This document shows positions 1 to 10,079 of a DNA stretch of 64,000 nucleotides, in pieces. Position numbers and translations under genes: made by a program. Source of the stretch: an uncultured Gemmatimonadales bacterium (GTDB taxonomy: Bacteria > Gemmatimonadota > Gemmatimonadetes > Longimicrobiales > Longimicrobiaceae); contig OY970303.1 of NCBI GenBank assembly GCA_963716255.1, positions 8,224,001 to 8,288,000 on the forward strand, given 5' to 3'. Below the pieces are notes generated by a model, which saw nothing but the letters and a program-made list of their open reading frames with translations, was not told where the DNA came from and did no database searches. How positions within the stretch are numbered: position 1 is the stretch's first letter; each line of letters opens with the position of its first letter.

Positions 1-105
1 GAGAGCCCCCACCCTCCCCCGTTCCGGGGGAGGGAAATCTCCACGCTGACGATCCTCGCCCTCCGGCGTGTCGTGGCAGTTCCGCACTACCCACCTGATC
101 CTTTA

Positions 106-238
106 CGGAGGGAGACAGCCGGGCGGTTTCGGCTGGCTCCCTCCGGCGAAGGGAGACGCGGGGGCAGTTTCCCGTGGCTCCCGGAGCCCGCGTAGGAAAC
201 AGGCCGGCTGTTTGGCCTGGTTCCGGAGCGGCCCCACG
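106..238 (+). repeat. Triple-hairpin intergenic repeat, family A copy 1
   Basis: Three GG(G)A(G/A)AC-N5-GGCNGTTT-N5'-GG(C/T)TCC hairpins ending GGAGCGGCCCCACG; similar to 61461-61588(-) and 61831-61963(+). Confidence 0.85.
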
Positions 239-461
239 CATAGAACCCCGTGCCACACGCAAGTACGCCCGCAGCGGCCAAGACGCGTCGCGGATCGAAT
301 CCCCGCGCGCACAAACACCACGGAACAATAGCGTTGCAGCCACTCCGACCGCGAGTCGGACGCGAAAGCCACACCGGCCGGGGGTTGTCGCGACGCATGC
401 CTGGAAATAACATTGTGCGCGCCCGACCGGGCATCCACACCGACCCTCTCGCTGCACACGA

Positions 462-1309
462 ATGACCGACACAACGCAGCCCCGCCTCGCGCGCGTCACC
501 ACCGTAGGAAACCTCAAGGGCGGCTCCGGCAAGACCACCAACGCCGTGAACCTGGCCTGCATGCTCGGCCACGGCATCGGGGGGCTGCCGCCGCAGCGCG
601 TCCTGTTCATCGACCTGGAGCCGCTGCGCACCGCCAGCCGCTGGCTGGGCGTGGAGGCGCCGTCGGCGGAACAGAGCAGCGCCGTGCTCTTCCAGGCGGT
701 GCCGCGGGGCGGCGACCGCGAGGCGCACCTGGAGCGCCTGCGGGGCGCGATCCAGCGGGCGGAGAACGAGCCGGTGGACCTGGTCCCGGCCCACGCGGAC
801 GGGCTGGAGGGGGCGGACGGGGTGCGCGGCAAGGAGTTCGACCTCAAGGACAACCTGGCGCTGGTGGCGGCGGACTACGATTTCGTCTTCATCGACCTGC
901 CGGGGTCGCGCACGGGGCGCCTGATCCGCTCGTCGCTGGTGGCGAGCGAGGGGGTGCTGGTGCCGCTGCAGCCGGGGGGAACTCCATCGAGAGCACGATG
1001 GACTTCTTCGAGATGGTCGAGGAGATCCGGCGCGGGGCGAACCCCATGCTCCAGGTGGACGGGATCGTGATCTCCACGGCGGGCCCGCGCGGCGACGTGG
1101 ACGCGCAGATCGCGGCGGACACGCTGGCGGAGGTGCTCCCCTACTACAGCGTGTACGCGGCGCGCATCCGCACGCTCAAGGCGATCCAGCGCGCGAGCTC
1201 GTTCCGCGTGAGCGTGCAGAGCATGGGCGACCGCGAGGCGATCCGCGACTTCACGGCGCTCGCGGAGGAGTGGATGCAGGCGATCGGGCGGGCGGAGGCG
1301 GCGGTCTGA
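462..1309 (+). CDS. parA: ParA/Soj-family ATPase, frameshifted at a G6 run (~974-979); sequencing error or pseudogene
   Basis: Deviant Walker A KGGSGKTT, FIDL and YDFVFIDLP in ORF 462-1070; the C-terminal half (GNSIEST...DFTALAEE) continues in the frame of ORF 413-1309; one extra G restores the frame. Confidence 0.85.
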
Positions 1310-2298
1310 TGGCCAGGTTCAACGCGGCGGCCCTGCGCGACCGGGCCAAGCAGAACCTGGCGCAGTCGGCGGCGCCCGCGGTGGCGGCGAAGCAGGAGAC
1401 GGAGCAGCTGCTGAGCGGGGTGCGGACGGGGAACGCGACGCTCCCCATCGAGCAGATCCAGCCGGACCCGGACCAGCCGCGCAAGGCGTTCGAGCGCGAG
1501 GGGCTGGACGAGCTGAAGCGCGCGATCCTGGCGCTGGGCGGGCTGGAAAACCCCATCCAGATCTACTACCGGGAAAGCGTCGGCTTCACCATCAAGCACG
1601 GGGAGCGGCGCTTCCGGGCGCTCGGCGAGCTGCTGGAGGAGGGGCACGACCGGTTCCGGCAGGTGCCGGTGCTGATGAGCCCGCCGCCGGACCGCACGCC
1701 GGAGGGGGAGCAGCGGCTGCGCATCGCGCAGGTGGTGGAGAACAACGTCCGCCGCGGCCTCCTGCCGCTGGAGACGGCGGAGCAGTTCCACCTGATCGCC
1801 ACCGCCGGCCGCGACGAGCCCCTGGCCGCGACGCGACTGGCGGAGCTCACCGGCACGGAGGAGCGGGTGGTGCAGCGCTACCTGTTCGTGGTGGGCGGGC
1901 TCTCGGACGGGGAGCGCGCGAGCCTGCGCGAGGCGTGGCCGGACGCGCCTCTGCGGCCGCTGTACGCGCTGGTGCAGTGGCTGGGGGAACACGGCCCCCG
2001 CCTGGACGGAGCCGCGCGGGCGACGGCGATCGACCGGTTCACGCGCGAGCGCCCGACGGAGCGCATGGTGCGGGTGGCGCTGCGCGACCTTGCCCCCAGG
2101 AAGAAGCCGGGGCGGCAGGCGCGGAAGCGCTTCTCCTCGGGGACCACGAAGACGGGGGCGTTCCAGGTGAAGCTGACGCTGCCGCCGGAGATGATGCGGG
2201 ACGCGGAGTCGATCCGGAAGGCGCGCGCGGACCTCCAGAAGGTGCAGGAGCAGCTGGAGGAGATGGAGCGGGCGCTGGAGGGCGGCGCCGCGGAGTAG
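1309..2298 (+). CDS. parB: ParB/RepB/Spo0J-family partition protein
   Basis: IQPDPDQPRK, GERR arginine patch, VENNVRRGL; TGATG overlap with the parA stop. Confidence 0.85.
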   Translation: MARFNAAALRDRAKQNLAQSAAPAVAAKQETEQLLSGVRTGNATLPIEQIQPDPDQPRKAFEREGLDELKRAILALGGLENPIQIYYRESVGFTIKHGERRFRALGELLEEGHDRFRQVPVLMSPPPDRTPEGEQRLRIAQVVENNVRRGLLPLETAEQFHLIATAGRDEPLAATRLAELTGTEERVVQRYLFVVGGLSDGERASLREAWPDAPLRPLYALVQWLGEHGPRLDGAARATAIDRFTRERPTERMVRVALRDLAPRKKPGRQARKRFSSGTTKTGAFQVKLTLPPEMMRDAESIRKARADLQKVQEQLEEMERALEGGAAE

Positions 2299-2458
2299 AG
2301 AACCGGCAGAGCCAGCACGAGCGGACTTGCGGGGCGGGGGGCCATGGCGCCCCCCGCCCCGCTCGCCGTCGGAGCCGCCACCCGGCCCCTCCAACCGCTG
2401 CACGCGCAGCGTGCGGCGCCGTGGCCCAAACGCCGGATCTCTCGGTCACGCCGGAGCT

Positions 2459-2594
2459 TGCGTGAGGGATTACGGCCCGAAGGGGCGAGACCCGCGGGCA
2501 GTTTCGCGGGGCTCGACTCCGTTGAGCAGCGTTGTTTGCTGCTCTACGGAGCCGAAGCCCGACCCCGGCGCCCGCCGGGGGCACGCCCGACCCC
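2459..2594 (+). repeat. Multi-hairpin intergenic repeat, family B copy 1
   Basis: Colinear with the reverse complement of 58707-58841, with compensatory stem changes. Confidence 0.85.
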
Positions 2595-2617
2595 GCAGTT
2601 GAAAGCCGTTCCAGCCG

Positions 2618-3874
2618 TCACCCCGGCAGCTCCGCCAGCCGGCGCTCCAGAAACCGCCGTTCGGGCTCCTGCCGCGCGAGCGCCAGCGCCCGCTCGTACG
2701 AGGCGCGGGCCTCCGCCGTTCTCCCCAGCCGCCGGCACAGGTCGGCCCTCGCCGAGTGGGCCAGGTGGTAGTCCGCGAGCTCGCCGCGCGCCAGGATCGC
2801 GTCCACCCGGGCGAGCCCCGCCGGCGGCCCGTCGCGCATGGCGATCGCCACGGCGCGGTTCAGCTCCACCACGGGCGAGGGCTCCGCCCGCGCGAGCACG
2901 TCGTACAGCCCCACGATCTGCGCCCAGTCGGTCGCGGCCGCGTCGGGCGCCTCGGCGTGCACCGCCGCGACTGCGGCCTGGAGCGCGTACGGCCCGAACC
3001 GCCGCGACCGCAGCGACCGCTCCACCAGCGCGCATCCCTCCGCGATCAGCCCGCGGTCCCAGAGCGAGCGGTCCTGGTCCGCCAGCAGGACCAGCTCACC
3101 GCCGGAAGAGGTGCGGGCGGCGCACCGCGACTCGTGCAGGAGCATCAGTGCGAGGAGTCCCAGTGCCTCGGGCTCGGGGAGCAGTTCCGCGAGCAGCCGA
3201 CCCAGGCGGATCGCCTCGCCCGAAAGGCCGGGGCGCGTCAGCGACTCGCCGGACGACGCGGAGTAGCCCTCGTTGAAGACCAGGTAGACCACGTGCAGCA
3301 CGGCGTCGAGACGGTCGGGGAGCTCGGCGGGCGACGGCACCTGGTAGGGGATGCGGGCGTCGCGGATCTTGGCTTTTGCGCGGACGATCCGCTGGGCGAG
3401 CGTGGAAGGCGCAGCGAGGAAGGCGCGCGCGATCTCCTCGGTGGTCAGGCCGCAGACCTCGCGCAGCGTCAGCGCGACTCGGGCGTCCGGCGACAGCGCG
3501 GGGTGGCAGCAGGTGAAGACCAGCCGCAGCCGGTCGTCGTCCACGCCGCCGTCGTCCGGCTCGGGGCCGTCCCGGCCGCGCCGGTCCAGGTGCTCCGCGA
3601 TCTCCCCCAGCCGGGCGTCGAAGCGGGCGCGCCGGCGCAGGGCGTCGATGGCCCGGAAGCGGCCGGCCGACACCAGCCAGGAGCGGGGATTCGCGGGCAC
3701 GCCGGTGCGCGGCCAGCGCTCCATGGCCGCGACGAACGCGTCGTGCAGCGCCTCTTCGGCCAGGTCGAAGTCGCCGAGCAGGCGGATCAGGGTGGCGAGG
3801 ACGCGGCGCGACTCGGAGCGGTAGACCGCGTCCACCAGCTCCCGCATCCGCCCGGCAGCGTCCCCGCTCTCCAC
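2618..3874 (-). CDS. ECF sigma factor with C-terminal TPR extension (ECF42-like)
   Basis: [39 protein letters not shown]-like C-terminus; GTG start after an AGGAGA RBS; adjacent DGPF gene. Confidence 0.9.
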   Translation of the reverse strand: MESGDAAGRMRELVDAVYRSESRRVLATLIRLLGDFDLAEEALHDAFVAAMERWPRTGVPANPRSWLVSAGRFRAIDALRRRARFDARLGEIAEHLDRRGRDGPEPDDGGVDDDRLRLVFTCCHPALSPDARVALTLREVCGLTTEEIARAFLAAPSTLAQRIVRAKAKIRDARIPYQVPSPAELPDRLDAVLHVVYLVFNEGYSASSGESLTRPGLSGEAIRLGRLLAELLPEPEALGLLALMLLHESRCAARTSSGGELVLLADQDRSLWDRGLIAEGCALVERSLRSRRFGPYALQAAVAAVHAEAPDAAATDWAQIVGLYDVLARAEPSPVVELNRAVAIAMRDGPPAGLARVDAILARGELADYHLAHSARADLCRRLGRTAEARASYERALALARQEPERRFLERRLAELPG

Positions 3875-3885
3875 AGGTGATTCTC

Positions 3886-4242
3886 CTACGGCGCGGCGAA
3901 GTCCACGACGGGCCGCACCTCGATGCTCCCGATGCGGGCCGAAGGGATCTTCGCGGCCACCTGGATGGCGTCGTTCAGGTCGCGCGCCTCGATGAGGTAG
4001 AACCCGCCCAGCTGCTCCTTGGTCTCGGCGAACGGTCCGTCGGTCGTGGACACCCTGCCGCCGCGGACCCGCACGGTCGTCGCGGTCTCCACCGGCTGCA
4101 GGGCCTCCCCGGCGAGGTAGTGGCCGCTCGCCTTGATCCCCCCGGTGAAGGCGAAGTACTCGCCCATGAAGGCGTCCGTCTCCTCCCGGGACATCGCGGC
4201 CACCGTCTTTTCCTCGTCGTAGATCAGGCACAGGTACTTCAT
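3886..4242 (-). CDS. YciI/DGPF-domain protein
   Basis: MKYLCLIY start, [25 protein letters not shown]. Confidence 0.92.
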   Translation of the reverse strand: MKYLCLIYDEEKTVAAMSREETDAFMGEYFAFTGGIKASGHYLAGEALQPVETATTVRVRGGRVSTTDGPFAETKEQLGGFYLIEARDLNDAIQVAAKIPSARIGSIEVRPVVDFAAP

Positions 4243-4351
4243 GGCTCCCTCCGGGTGATGATGAAAACGGTCGTGGACGCACATGGTCGTTCGGGAGTGC
4301 CCGAAATCGACAGTCCACCGCGCGGGGCCGTACCCGGCCGCTTCAAGCGGA

Positions 4352-4388
4352 GCGAGCCCCCCACCGGGATCTCCGGTGCGGGGCTCGC
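4352..4388 (-). terminator. GC-rich hairpin downstream of the displaced tRNA 3' half
   Basis: GCGAGCCCC...GGGGCTCGC inverted repeat. Confidence 0.5.
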
Positions 4389-4395
4389 ATGCAGG

Positions 4396-4445
4396 TGCCT
4401 GGGGCGGGACTCGAACCCGCAAGCCTCGCGGCGGGCGATTTCAAG
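4396..4445 (-). pseudogene. 3' half of the split host tRNA-Leu (left att junction)
   Basis: Minus strand reads CTTGAAA TCGCC CGCCGCGAGGCT TGCGGGTTCGAGTCCCGC CCCAGGC A; its stems pair with the 5' half at 52626-52657. Confidence 0.9.
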
Positions 4446-4528
4446 TCCGCCTTCCCGGCTGCCGAATGTTGACTTTCAAGGGTTTTCATCCCCTACCCTG
4501 CCCCGTCATGCCGTCCGTTGCCGCACGA

Positions 4529-4550
4529 ATGGATGCAGGAACGGAGGCAA
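4529..4550 (+). repeat. 22-bp direct repeat, putative integrase arm-type site (left)
   Basis: ATGGATGCAGGAACGGAGGCAA, identical to 52533-52554. Confidence 0.8.
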
Positions 4551-4684
4551 CAAAATAATTCTTTCTCGGCGACGGGCAACCCGGTTGGCGAGAACGTTGG
4601 CCACTGAGCTGAGTATGCCACGGCACTTGCCCAGCCGGCTCTTCCGGCTCTGATCGATGATCCTACCAAACCGGGGCGGTGCCA

Positions 4685-6077
4685 TAGCAGCTCGCTGAAA
4701 ATCGGCAGCCTGAAGTCTGACGTGGAAAACTTCCGGCTCAGGATCAGCGAAACTAGGCTTCACCGGCGTGTGGGGTGCCCGATGTCCCGCCCGTGCAGCC
4801 ATTTTCGGCGTGCACGGGCACACTGCGCCTCAGGCAGAGGCCGGCAAACAGGGTGCAAGCCGCGCCAGGCGCAGGAGGTTGTACGCGGCACCCACGATCA
4901 GCGCCTTCTGCGTCAGCTTCCAGCGATCCACGTGGCGGCTCCTGCGCATCCCACCGATCTCCTTCGCCCAGCCGAAGATCTCCTCGATCCGTTTGCGCTT
5001 GCGTTGCGAGAGGGCGTACTCCGGCGTACCCATCTGCTCTCGGGCTCGGCTGCGCGCTTCGGCTCCCTTGGCATCCGGGGCGATCGGCCCCTCCGGGATC
5101 GGCACGTGCGCGCTCACGCCGGCCTGATCGGCTGCCTGGAGGAACGGACCACCGGGATAGCCCCCATCCAGGCCCACCGTGCGCTCCACAGGCAGGTCGT
5201 GCCGAGTCCGGCTGCGTTCCAGCAGCAGCAGCGCCTGGTCGCGCTCTCCCGTCCCATCGGCCTCCACCACGCTGACGTCGATCAGCAACCCGTGCCGGTT
5301 CTCCATCAGCGCGTTCAGCAGATGGCACAGCCGCGCCGCTACACCCTTGCTCTTCGTTGCCAGACGCGCCTCGGGGTCCGTGAGCGAGCGGTGTGTCGCG
5401 TTGGTCCGCTTCTCTTTGCGGAAGTTCACCGAGGGATTGCCCGTGTCGCCATCCTTCGAGCCGTCGCTGACCTTCTCGTCCCGGCTGCCGATCTTGCGCA
5501 GGCTCTTCATCGAGGCATAGCTCTCGATCAGGCTGCCGTCGATCGAGAAGTGCTCCTGGCTCGCCAACTCCTCCAGGTACGCCCCCTCGACGATCCGCTC
5601 AAAGAAGGTGCGCACCAGCCCATGCTTCTCGAACCGATCCCGGTTCTGCGTGAACGTGGTCGCGTCCCAGACTCCGGCATGCGGCTCCAGGTCCAGGAAT
5701 CACCGGTAAGCCAAGTTTACCCCGATCTGCTCCACCAGCATCCGCTCCGAGCGGATCGAGTGAAGCGCCTGAAGAAGCAGCGCTTTCAGCAGCATCTCCG
5801 GCGGGATGCTCGCCCGTCCCAGCGCCGCGTAAGCGCGGTCGAAGTCGGGGCTCATCCCCGCCAGCACCGCATCGGCTCGCGCCTTGACCGCCTGCAGTGG
5901 ATGCGCGGGCGAGAGCAGGCTCTCCGGATCGTAGAAGATCCACATCGCGTGCTGCTGGCTGACCCGTCCGCGCATCGCTCGCTGCTCCCCGGTAAGGGTG
6001 GGGAAGAGTTTTCCCCAATCGACGACGCCACCCTCTCGCGCGCACGCGCATGCGAGACCTTTTTCAGCAACCCGCTA
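4685..6077 (-). mobile_element. IS5-family-like insertion sequence
   Basis: Imperfect terminal IRs TAGCAGCTCGCTGAAAA / TTTTCAGCAACCCGCTA flanking a transposase; the terminal TA may be a target duplication. Confidence 0.8.
4830..5975 (-). pseudogene. IS5-family transposase with in-frame TGA at 5700-5702
   Basis: MRG...HPL, GRASIPPEMLLKALLLQAL..IRSER, FSIDGSLIE, RKRKRIEEIFGWAK; ORFs 5700-5975 and 4830-5615 share a frame; AYR*F where YRWF is expected. Confidence 0.88.
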
Positions 6078-6356
6078 TCGGGCGGTGGCGCACCTCGGCG
6101 GAGCGCGACCCACCAGCACCAGGGGAGCGCACCGATCGTCGCGCTCCCCGCTCTTTCACACGTGCCGCGTGGTTCCAGTCAGGGATCCTTGCGAACCGGC
6201 ACTCATTCCGTGCGAGACATGCGAATGGCCCCGCTCGGGGGCGAAGCCCGAGGTGAAGCCCGCCCGGCAGCTAGAGCAGATCGCCGGGTCTGGAACGATG
6301 CCCGGCATGTACTCACGCAGGTCGCTGCTGCCGGCGCGGGGAGAGGGCTGCTCGGA

Positions 6357-6884
6357 TCATGCGGAGCCCGTGACGGGACCGGTTCCGAGTGCGTGCCGGC
6401 GGATGCGGGCCAACTCGGCGTCGAGCGCGGCGAGCCGCTCACGCAGCACGGCGGAGCGATGCCGCTCCGCCATGATCCATAGTGCTGCCCCCAACAGCGC
6501 GGCCCCGAGGGCCGCGGCGCCCCCCGCGCCCACGCTGAGAGGTCGATGGAAGGCGTGGTGGGTGAGCAGCAGGACAGCGAGTCCCGCTGCGACGATCCAC
6601 CCGCCGGCCGCGTGCGGCGAGCGCCGGGCACCCTGCTTTCCCCCACGAGCCGCGCCTTTTGTCCGGGCCAGCAGGCGCTTCCTGACTTCCACCGCCCGGA
6701 TCGCGTCCATGGGCCGTGGCGGCGGGAGATAGAGTTCGGCCAGCAGCGCGTCCTGTACCTTCGCGAACGCACCTGCGCATTCCCCGCACTCCCGGAGGTG
6801 GACGAGGAGAGCTGCCCTCTCAGCCCCGGACAGCAGGGTAAGACCGGATTGGAGCTGCTGGTGCTCTCGATCGAAAGGATTCAC
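6357..6884 (-). CDS. Zinc-finger (HxxxCxxC) membrane anti-sigma factor
   Basis: HLRECGEC followed by two hydrophobic helices; overlaps the stop of an ECF sigma gene. Confidence 0.7.
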   Translation of the reverse strand: MNPFDREHQQLQSGLTLLSGAERAALLVHLRECGECAGAFAKVQDALLAELYLPPPRPMDAIRAVEVRKRLLARTKGAARGGKQGARRSPHAAGGWIVAAGLAVLLLTHHAFHRPLSVGAGGAAALGAALLGAALWIMAERHRSAVLRERLAALDAELARIRRHALGTGPVTGSA

Positions 6885-7501
6885 TGGGCACGATCCCTCA
6901 GGATGGACAACTTTTCCCTCAGCTTCCGGAAAGCGAGCCGTACCCGGGTCTTCACCGTCCCGAGCGGCTGTCCGGTGTGCTCGGCGATCTCCGACTGGCT
7001 CATCCCCCCGTAGTAGGCGAGCTCGATCGTCTGGCGCTGGTCGGCCGGGAGCGACCCGATGGCGAGCGCCACCATCTCGCAGCGCTCAGTCTCCTCCGCC
7101 CCGTCGAGCGGGCTTTCCGAGGCGGAGTCGACGGGAACCTCCGCCGCGTCTTCGGCGAGCTCCACCTCCCGTTGCCGCCGCCGCGTCCGTGAGCGTCGCC
7201 GGTCGAGCGCGCGGCTCCGCGTGATCATCGCCAGCCAGGTGGACACCGCCGACCGTTCCGGCTGATAGCACTCCGGCTGGCGCCACACCTGCCAGAAGAC
7301 CTCCTCCACCACCTCCGCCGCATCATCCGAATCCTCGAGCAGCTGGATCGCCACGGAATGGACCAGCGTCACCCAGCGGTCATACAGCAAAGCGAGCGCA
7401 GCTTCGTCCCCCGTGCCGGTGCGGCGGAGAAGCTCGCGATCGTAGGCAGCATCGGGTGCGGCAGGGATTTCTCCGGGGGGAGTTGCGCGCCCTCCCGTCA
7501 C
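6881..7501 (-). CDS. ECF sigma-70 factor (SigK-like); start uncertain
   Basis: GDEAALALLYDR, AEVVEEVFWQVW, LAYYGGMSQSEIAEHTGQPLGTVKTRVR. Confidence 0.88.
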   Translation of the reverse strand: MTGGRATPPGEIPAAPDAAYDRELLRRTGTGDEAALALLYDRWVTLVHSVAIQLLEDSDDAAEVVEEVFWQVWRQPECYQPERSAVSTWLAMITRSRALDRRRSRTRRRQREVELAEDAAEVPVDSASESPLDGAEETERCEMVALAIGSLPADQRQTIELAYYGGMSQSEIAEHTGQPLGTVKTRVRLAFRKLREKLSILRDRAQ

Positions 7502-7764
7502 GAGGCACCCGGCGACGGCGGCCTCAGTGAACGGTACGGGACGGAAGACACAGCTGGATCCATGAAAGCTCGGAGGGGTTGCGGGACCCGGACAGCGCGC
7601 GGATCGCGTACGCAAGCGCCACACCTGGGAAACATCCGTCTACGAGCGAAGGAGGAGCCATGCGAGAGGCGAGTCTGCAGGGGCGGACCCCGGTCTCTCC
7701 GGTCGAACGACGGTCGGAGGAATGCTGAAAGCGGCGCGGCGAGACCCAGGCTGCGCATCTCGCC

Positions 7765-7940
7765 CCCGCCGGTACGTCGTCCCGCCGGGCCACCTGTGGC
7801 TCTTCGGCACGCACTCGCCGCGGGCGATCGACAGCCGCTATTCCGGACCCGTCCCCGAGAGCCGCGTACGCGCGTTCTGGCGCCCGCTCTGGACCGAGGA
7901 CCTTTCCATTGTCAGCCCCGCTTGGCACCGGGTCCGGTGA
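7765..7940 (+). pseudogene. traF: C-terminal fragment of a conjugative S26 peptidase (TraF-like)
   Basis: YVVPPGHLWLFGTHSPRAIDSRYSGPVP resembles the S26/TraF DSRYFGP motif; no N-terminal part visible. Confidence 0.65.
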
Positions 7941-8069
7941 GGGATTCTCGGAATGCTTCGAACCTTGAGAGCGGCGCTTGCAGGTCCGTGGAGCGGTAGA
8001 AGCGATGGCACGTCCACGGCATCAATCCGGTTCCGGTCTCGACCCCACGCGTAGAACCACTGAAGCCCG

Positions 8070-8462
8070 TCAGCCGACGCCCGCCCTGAGCAGGGACGTC
8101 TCGCCGAGGCCCACTGCCGCCGCCTCCCGGCATCCCTGGTGCGCCTCGAGGTGCATCCGCAGCATGGCCTCCGTTCCCCGGGTCCAGAAGAGAACTCCGT
8201 CTCCTCCGTACCGGACCCCGGAAGCGGCTTCCACCTGTTGCAGCTCCACGGTGCGGTCGGGGAGCACGATCGTGGCGCCGCCTGGGTAGACCTGCACGGT
8301 GAAGCGGTAGCCGCCGGGGCACACGTAGCTGTAGGTGCCCGGCACTCCGGAGGGTGGCGGCTGTGGCGGGGCCGGTGGCGGCAGCCAGCTGCACCCCGCC
8401 GGCACGGCGAGGCCGAGAAGGCAGACGACCCACACCCCACTCCCCCAGGCCGGCCTGGACAT
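8070..8462 (-). CDS. MliC/PliC-family lysozyme-inhibitor lipoprotein
   Basis: Lipobox PAGC, YSYVC, AASGVRY, FWTRGTEA. Confidence 0.8.
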   Translation of the reverse strand: MSRPAWGSGVWVVCLLGLAVPAGCSWLPPPAPPQPPPSGVPGTYSYVCPGGYRFTVQVYPGGATIVLPDRTVELQQVEAASGVRYGGDGVLFWTRGTEAMLRMHLEAHQGCREAAAVGLGETSLLRAGVG

Positions 8463-8677
8463 CGGAATCCTCCATCGTGCTGCGTCCCGGACCGTCGGCG
8501 TCCGGTTCCTGCCCAACCTCGCTTCCGGCGCGCGATGCCGGCTTGAACGTTGTTTTCCACCCGACCTCCCAGTCCCGATCGCTCCCGTGGCAGCGCGGCG
8601 CATCCCCGCGAAGGATGGTTCTGCCGCGGACGGACGAACTGCTCCCGCGGATCGGCTCCGGCTTCGATTTCACCGGC

Positions 8678-8692
8678 CAAGAACGTCCAAGA
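8678..8692 (+). promoter_or_regulatory. Island regulon box CAAGAACGTCCAAGA
   Basis: Matches the motif repeated upstream of many island genes; CACCTT ~20 nt downstream. Confidence 0.7.
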
Positions 8693-8871
8693 ATCCCATC
8701 CCCTCCTCCCCCCACCTTCCTCACGTCGGGCGGCATGGGAGCCGGACGGCGGCCGGAGCGAGGCGGTCCCGCCCTCCACCGCGCCTGCCCGGCTCCCCGC
8801 TCGTCCCGCGGCGCTGCCCCTGCACGGCGCTCCCCCGTGCGGAGGACGAAACCCTCTCGAATCTCCCGGCC

Positions 8872-9300
8872 ATGACTGCATATGTCGAAGCTCCCCTCGA
8901 AGGCGACGAGAGCCGCCGGGACGTCGCGGAGGATCTACGGGCGCGGATGGACGCGTGGTGGGAAGAGGTGGGGAGGAGCATGAGCCGCGTCGGCTCCGGC
9001 CTGCGCGTCGACCCGGACGACGGTCCGGCTTCCCTACCCCGCAGGAGGGCGCCGCGCAGGCGAGCCGCGGTCACCGAGGTTGTCGTCCCGGCCGAAGCCG
9101 AGGGCGTGTTCGTAGCCGGTCACCGCCCCGGCGCTGCCGGCACGCTCTACCTCAAGGGCGGCCGCGCCACCCGGGTGTCCGCCTGCCTCGGTCGCCTCCC
9201 ACGCGCCTCCGCAGCGGGCGGTGTGGACCGGGACGAGCCGTCGCTGCTGCGTTTCGAGTTCCGCCGAGCGGACGGCGGATCGGGACGGAAACGCCCCTGA
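8872..9300 (+). CDS. Hypothetical protein
   Basis: Open frame with a protein-like composition, downstream of an oriented regulon box. Confidence 0.4.
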   Translation: MTAYVEAPLEGDESRRDVAEDLRARMDAWWEEVGRSMSRVGSGLRVDPDDGPASLPRRRAPRRRAAVTEVVVPAEAEGVFVAGHRPGAAGTLYLKGGRATRVSACLGRLPRASAAGGVDRDEPSLLRFEFRRADGGSGRKRP

Positions 9301-9517
9301 GGGGACGGTTCGGCGGGGATGCCCATCGCCGCGGCGGGCGGGCGGGGGCGACGGTCCGACCGCCCCGGAGAGCACCGCGCGGGTGTCCCCCCACCGTGGG
9401 GCGGCCGTGGCGCACACTCGGGACGCAGTGGCCGCCGGCGTGGCGTGGCGGGAGACGGGACTGCGGCCCGGCAGGAGCCCCGGACGGCTGCCCCCCGAGC
9501 CGGACCCCCGGCGGCTT

Positions 9518-10063
9518 TCAAGCCGCCGGCGGAGGCCTCGCCCTCGCGTACTCCGCAGCACGGGCTCCCTGCTGGCGCCGGTCCCCAGCCGCCACCATGC
9601 GGAACACCCCTCCCTCGACCCCCACCCACACTCCACGGCGGTCGATCCCCCACGTGCCCGCGCGGCCCTCGCCGTCCCGCACGAAGCGGGCGGCGCCCGC
9701 GGAGGCGCTCCCGAGAGCCGCGCGCCGGACCGGCGCCGCGAAGCGGAGCGTGTGTCCCTCCCGCCCCCCCAGCGGGTCGGGCCAGACCGCGATCACCAGC
9801 GCGGCGAACACCGCGGCGAGCACCATCGCCGCCGTGAGCGCTCCGCGAGGGGCCTCCTCCAGCACTCGCTCCGCACCCGTGGTCGTGCCGCCCCCTCTCC
9901 CGTCGGCGGCGAACGGGTCGCCGCCGGCATACCGGGCGAGAAGGAGAGTCAGGACCAGAACCGCCGTGTCGCGGGCGACCCGCGGGCGTGCCGCGGAGAG
10001 CCAGCGGAACCGCTTCCCCGGTCCCGTGGCCGTCCGGGCGCGGAGGGGGGAGGAGCCTGCCAC
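9518..10063 (-). CDS. Hypothetical membrane protein
   Basis: Two hydrophobic segments; follows the DUF1269-like gene on the same strand. Confidence 0.35.
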   Translation of the reverse strand: MAGSSPLRARTATGPGKRFRWLSAARPRVARDTAVLVLTLLLARYAGGDPFAADGRGGGTTTGAERVLEEAPRGALTAAMVLAAVFAALVIAVWPDPLGGREGHTLRFAAPVRRAALGSASAGAARFVRDGEGRAGTWGIDRRGVWVGVEGGVFRMVAAGDRRQQGARAAEYARARPPPAA

Positions 10064-10079
10064 GTGAGGAACCCGACGT

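Noticed and set aside
106..238. CRISPR array interpretation of the hairpin repeats
   Set aside because: Variable parts are 5-bp self-complementary stems, not 25-45-nt unique spacers, and there are no cas genes in the window.
970..985. Programmed -1 frameshift in parA
   Set aside because: It does not fit a canonical X XXY YYZ slippery heptamer in frame; a homopolymer indel is more likely.
4396..4423. 28-bp near-repeat with 52442-52469 read as a classic attL/attR duplication of the intact tRNA 3' end
   Set aside because: The left fragment's acceptor and anticodon stems pair with the half at 52626-52657, not with the intact tRNA; the similarity reflects the shared T-arm of two Leu tRNAs.
4439..4445. 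CTTGAAA loop suggesting tRNA-Ser(UGA)
   Set aside because: The D-arm and discriminator A are Leu-type and the other junction reads ATTAAAA; the fragment is only half a tRNA.
5700..5702. Selenocysteine or programmed readthrough in the transposase
   Set aside because: The position corresponds to an expected Trp; a single TGG-to-TGA change is simpler, and other genes here use TGA as stop.
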